From positions 45,012,001 to 45,076,000 of the forward strand of contig OX597825.1 of the NCBI GenBank assembly GCA_951406725.2: a stretch of DNA of 64,000 nt. Reading direction: 5' to 3'. The notes beneath the pieces were generated by a model. It did no database searches and was not told the DNA's origin. It saw only the letters and a program-made list of their open reading frames with translations. Source of the stretch: Octopus vulgaris (taxonomy: Eukaryota). This document shows, one piece after another, positions 59,501 through 64,000 of the stretch. Positions within the stretch are counted from its first letter, which is position 1; every line of letters begins with the position of its first letter. A program made the position numbers and the translations under genes.

Positions 59501-61480
59501 ATTGGATCTAACTTCCACTAAGCTATCCTGTTGCAAGTGTGCCTATTTTCCATTTCCGTCTGCTAAAGACACAAGCCTTTGTGACACAGCTACTGGTTCT
59601 TCTAGACCGTTTGTACCCGAGAACCACCAGTGTTCTGTTTTTGATGCCTTGCCTTCACTATCATATCCTGGCATCGCTGCCTCAGTGAAGCTTATTACGG
59701 CTCGGCTTTTCTGGCCTAATATGCACCGTATGATCACTGCTTGGGCACACTCTTGTGTGAAATGCCAGTGTACTAAAGTCCACAGGAACATTTGCACTCC
59801 GCTTGGACAGTTTTCTCTGCTACACACTCGCTTTCACCATGTCCATATTGATCTGGTTGGACCATAGCGTGTCAGTCATGGTTTCTCTTACATATTGACA
59901 TGTGTCAATCATTCTCTCATTGACCTGAAGCCATTCCAATGGTGGACATTTCCGCTGAGTCAGTTGCTCGAGCTTTCATTTTTAACTGGATTGTTCGCTT
60001 TGGTGTCCCAGCTAAAATAACCACTGATCATGGACGCCAGTTTGAAGCTTCCTTATTTCGTGAATTGTCACAAATCCTAGGCATTCATCACATTCGTACA
60101 ACCAGCTACCACCCAGCTTCCAACAGGATGGTTAAACGTTTTCACTGGCAACTAAAGGCTGCTCTACACATCACTTCTGATCCACAGTCTTGGACAGAAT
60201 TGCTACCTATCATTCTTCTTGGTTGTTGCACTGCTGTTAAAGCAGACTCAGGTTTCTCCTCTGCTGAACTCCTTTACAGTACCATCCTGGCACTCCCTGG
60301 TACAATGTTGGAGCCAGACAATTCATCGCATCCTGATCCAATGCTGTATGTCACCAGACTTCACTCGTATTTCTCAAGTCTTCCACTGATGCATCCGCGT
60401 GACCAGTCTATTCCTTCTCATGTCCCACCAGACATTAACAAATGGACTCATGTTTTTGTTCAAGATGATTCTGTCAAAGGACCTTTCATTTCTCCTTATA
60501 AAGGACCATTTTGTGTGCTATCGCGCACACCCAAAACTTTTAGTCTCGACATCAATGGTCAGGCAGAGACAGTGTCAGTCAACAGACTTAAAAGGGCACA
60601 TTTTGAGGTGTCCACACCCTTCAATGACAGCCACGCCCACTTTTCATCCTTTACACCCACCTGCACATGCACCTTTGACCACACCATCACTTACACCTCC
60701 ACCTTCATTGCCACTACCTAACATGAACAAACTCTATGTCACCAGGATAGGCCACACTGTGCATTGGTCCAAAATACTCACCAGAACTATTTACATCTAA
60801 CCTTTTTTTTTCCTGTGACAGACAATTGTTTTCTTGTGTTCTGAACAATTCCAATACCTTGCCATTGAACTTTGTCAAAAATGTTGTGCATGCCCCTCTT
60901 ATATATTGCTTGTAATTATTCTTCTCAACTTATTACATTTTGTATTATATTTTGCACCATCCTGTTGTTTGCAATCAGTGGCCATCTTTGTTTTCTTGTA
61001 TCTGCTCCGGTCATTCTAATTTCGCACTAGTGTTCTCAGGGGTGAGCCCTTGTAGCATGGCACAAGTAGCCAGCATCATTTTGTACGAGATCTCACTGGC
61101 AGCCATTATCTTATCCGAGACAAGAGCAAGATTTCACGTACACCTGTTGCTATGCACATTACCACAACGAGGCTCTCCTCGATAATGGCTATTTAAGCAG
61201 GTACAAAAGACATTAAATCCCTAAGTCTTCTCAAGCTTGCTTATGCTGAGGGACACTACAAAGCAGGCAGCTACAGCGGACTCTAACCCGCTCCAACCAC
61301 ATATATTATTCTTCAGAGATAATGTACCTCACGTGAGTGGAGATATCCCGCCAGGCGCTGCCATGAAGATGGACACCTAGAACGGGACGCAAGATCGGGA
61401 ATCACAATAAACGATTATTGAATTGCATCCACTTGTGAGCTTCTTCTTTCGCCATCCTTAAGACAGAAAATAATTATAAT
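56520..61480 (+). mobile_element. Decayed Gypsy LTR retrotransposon, CsRn1/Kabuki-like
   Basis: PBS-like TGGTGACC at 56748; gag LWFAQLDAYF and CHCC knuckle CWYH..AHHCIQPC; protease PILG.D; RT WASPLH..RLVGDYR.LN; RNase H VDASDSAVG..YSTFDHELLAIY..TDHKPL; integrase [29 protein letters not shown]; purine tract then TGTAGC at 61051. Confidence 0.92.
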
Positions 61481-62317
61481 GGGAGACAGTGATACTCTAC
61501 TAGTATCATGAACTTTTCCTTTCCCTTATAACCTGATATTGTAACCCCAGCATACTTTCCTGGTCAAATACTTTAGTGCTAATAGCATACTTAATTAGTT
61601 AGGATTCTAAAGAATTTCTCTACTCATTTTCTTTCATTTCAAATTTTCTTATGTTTTTCTAATTATTTTTTATTTATTGTATTAATCTCCTTCAACCACC
61701 TTTTAAAGCACTGTCATTTTAGTTTTCCTCCTGTAACTATATTATATAATATTATGGTTTCTTTATGAATTCTGTTTATCTGTATCATTAACTGGAAACT
61801 GATTATCTTAATATAGAGTCAATAGTGAATTTTTCTTTCTGTTTAAGTAATTCAGCAAGTCTTCAATTTGTCCATGTTTTTGTCACAACATATAACTCCT
61901 TCCCCTCCACTAACATTCCGAAATGTAGTAGTAATTTTTAATGCAGTATTCCCAGTTGACTGCAACAACCCAAGTAATATAGGAAGATATCAGATTTCAA
62001 TTCATTTCATGGTCAAATTTACAATTCTGTGATACCTATTATATTACAGCTCCCCTTCTCTGTTGCCTTTGTGGCACTGGTCAGCTATTTGCTTAAAATG
62101 ACTTCGTTTTCAAATAATGCCATTTTGATCAAATTCCTTTCTTTTGGCAGTCAGTTTATTGTGGCTCTGGGGAAGATAAAGGTGTGGGACTGTTCTCTAT
62201 TTTTTCCGTAGAACAATTAGGAATTGATTTATCAATATGATTGAACTATGGAACTAGACACCTTCAATATTTATCAGAAACATATATAAGCCTTTAATAT
62301 TTGCATAAAATCTATTA

Positions 62318-62760
62318 TCTCTATATTATAATTCTGAAATGCAAAAAGTTTGTTTGTCTGGTTTTGGCATTGGAACGGGTTAAAGGCCACTAGATCCCGT
62401 CAGATTGACTCCAAAATTTACAGGGACATGTAAAATGAGGTAAGGATGCGAGTGGGCTAGGTTAGAAATCCCTATCTTAAAAGGTGTGGTTACTAGGGCG
62501 AAAAACGCACACTTTCACAAGTCTCCTCTCATTCTTTTATGTATCTGTCTTCCTCCATTTCTCTCTCTTTCTTCCCTTCCCTTCACTTTCTCTCTATAAC
62601 GTCGTTTCACAGCATCCTATATCTTCCCCTGCCGCTTTTGACAGCGCTTTCACACTCTCTCTCTACATCTGTCTGCATTCATAGAGAGAATTATCATCGC
62701 TACCACCACCACACAATCATGAGAACAAATATTATGAATCAGATATTTATTGGGTTAATT

Positions 62761-62793
<33 letters not shown>

Positions 62794-63851
62794 TCTATAT
62801 ATAAATATGTATATATAATGTATACATACAAAGTGTATATATCTGTATTTATATATATATATATAATTTGTATACATTTATATATATACCACACTCTTAC
62901 CCGCTCTACGCGTGGGTCACCTTAATCTAGTCTCTATATTATAATTCTGAAATGCGAAAAGTTTGTCTGGTTTTGGCATTGGAATGGGTTAAGGGGCACT
63001 AGATGGGGTCGGATTGGCTCCAAAATTTACGGAGACATGTAAAATGAGGTGAGGATGCGAGTGGGCTAGGTTAGAAATCCCTATCTTAAAAGGTGTCATT
63101 GCTAGGGTGAAAAACGCACACTTTGACAAGTCTCCTCTCATTCTTTTATCTGCCTGTCTTCCTCCATCTCTCTCTTTCCTCCCTTCCTTTCACTTTCTCT
63201 CTATAACGTCGTTTGATAGCGTCTACTATCTTTCCTCCATCGCCTTTGCCAGCGGTGTCACTCTCTCTCGCTTTCTCTCTCTACGTCTGTCTGCATTCAT
63301 AGAGAGTTTTATTATCACCACCACCACAAGTCTACTCTCATTCTATTATCTGCCTGTCTTCCTCCATCTCTCTCTCTCTTTCTTCCCTTCCTTTCACTTT
63401 CTCTCTATAATGTCGTTTGATAGCATCTACTATCTTTCCTCCGCCACTTTCGCCAGTGCTGTCACTCTCTCTCTCTACGTCTCTCTCTCTTTTCTCCTTC
63501 CCTCCACTTTCTCTCTATAACGACATTTGACACCTCCACTGTCTCTCTTTCTTCTCCACCGCCTCTCTCAATGTATGTCTTTTTCTTCCTCGATCTCTCT
63601 CTTTTCCCCCTTCCCTCCAATTTCTTTCTATAACTATGTTTGACAGCTTCGCCGTCTCTCTGTTACTCTTTCTTCCACCACCCCTCTCACTGTATGATTG
63701 TTGTTTCAATTATTGGTGGACATTTGTCTTTTTTTTTTTTAGATAAACACATTGCCTCTTTCGTTTTAAAACAATAAAACAATGCTACATTAATAAATTG
63801 GTCCAACAAGCAAAACATCACCTGCGCATAGAGTGGGTCACCTTAAGCTAG
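62318..63851 (+). mobile_element. Two head-to-tail non-autonomous Helitron-like elements (62318-62930 and 62931-63851)
   Basis: Both start TCTCTATATTATAATTCTGAAATGC and end with an ACC..GTGGGT hairpin followed by CACCTTAA..CTAG. Confidence 0.78.
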
Positions 63852-64000
63852 TCTGTGTATATTTTATATATCACTTCATAACACTATACCGATTTCACTG
63901 AAAAACCACACTGTGGATTTACAAATTTGATTGGTGACTGCTTGAGAGTTTGAATTATGTGGTTCCCTACATCTAACAAAGGACATATTTGTTAGCCTGG

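Noticed and set aside
61500-62250. Possible upstream IQCH exon or retroelement coding remnant
   Set aside because: No open frame with convincing splice sites or recognisable motifs

Overview
AT-rich, repeat-dense animal genomic DNA. The SINE/RTE repeat families and microsatellite load suggest an octopus or related cephalopod (inference). Six GT-AG exons on the minus strand (35377 down to 9558) splice in frame into a protein that aligns, from my recall, with the central region of IQCH; the gene extends past both window edges. The introns contain a CR1-group LINE with intact ORF1 (PHD plus three CCCH fingers) and an open endonuclease ORF2, an intact 2.86-kb Buster/Charlie-type hAT transposon, a decayed second hAT nested in a Gypsy gag, two Gypsy remnants, two mariner remnants, several RTE LINE copies, tandem non-autonomous Helitron-like elements, MITE-like foldbacks, SINEs and a Penelope GIY-YIG remnant. 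The most notable structures are two tandem-then-inverted arrays of about 0.5-kb non-coding units next to (TA)n. The 505-bp unit at 35531-39094 carries a type I hammerhead ribozyme motif in each copy (retrozyme/Penelope-like). The roughly 478-bp unit at 4075-5660 is strongly self-complementary but has no hammerhead I can recognise. All calls are by eye; no searches or folding were run.
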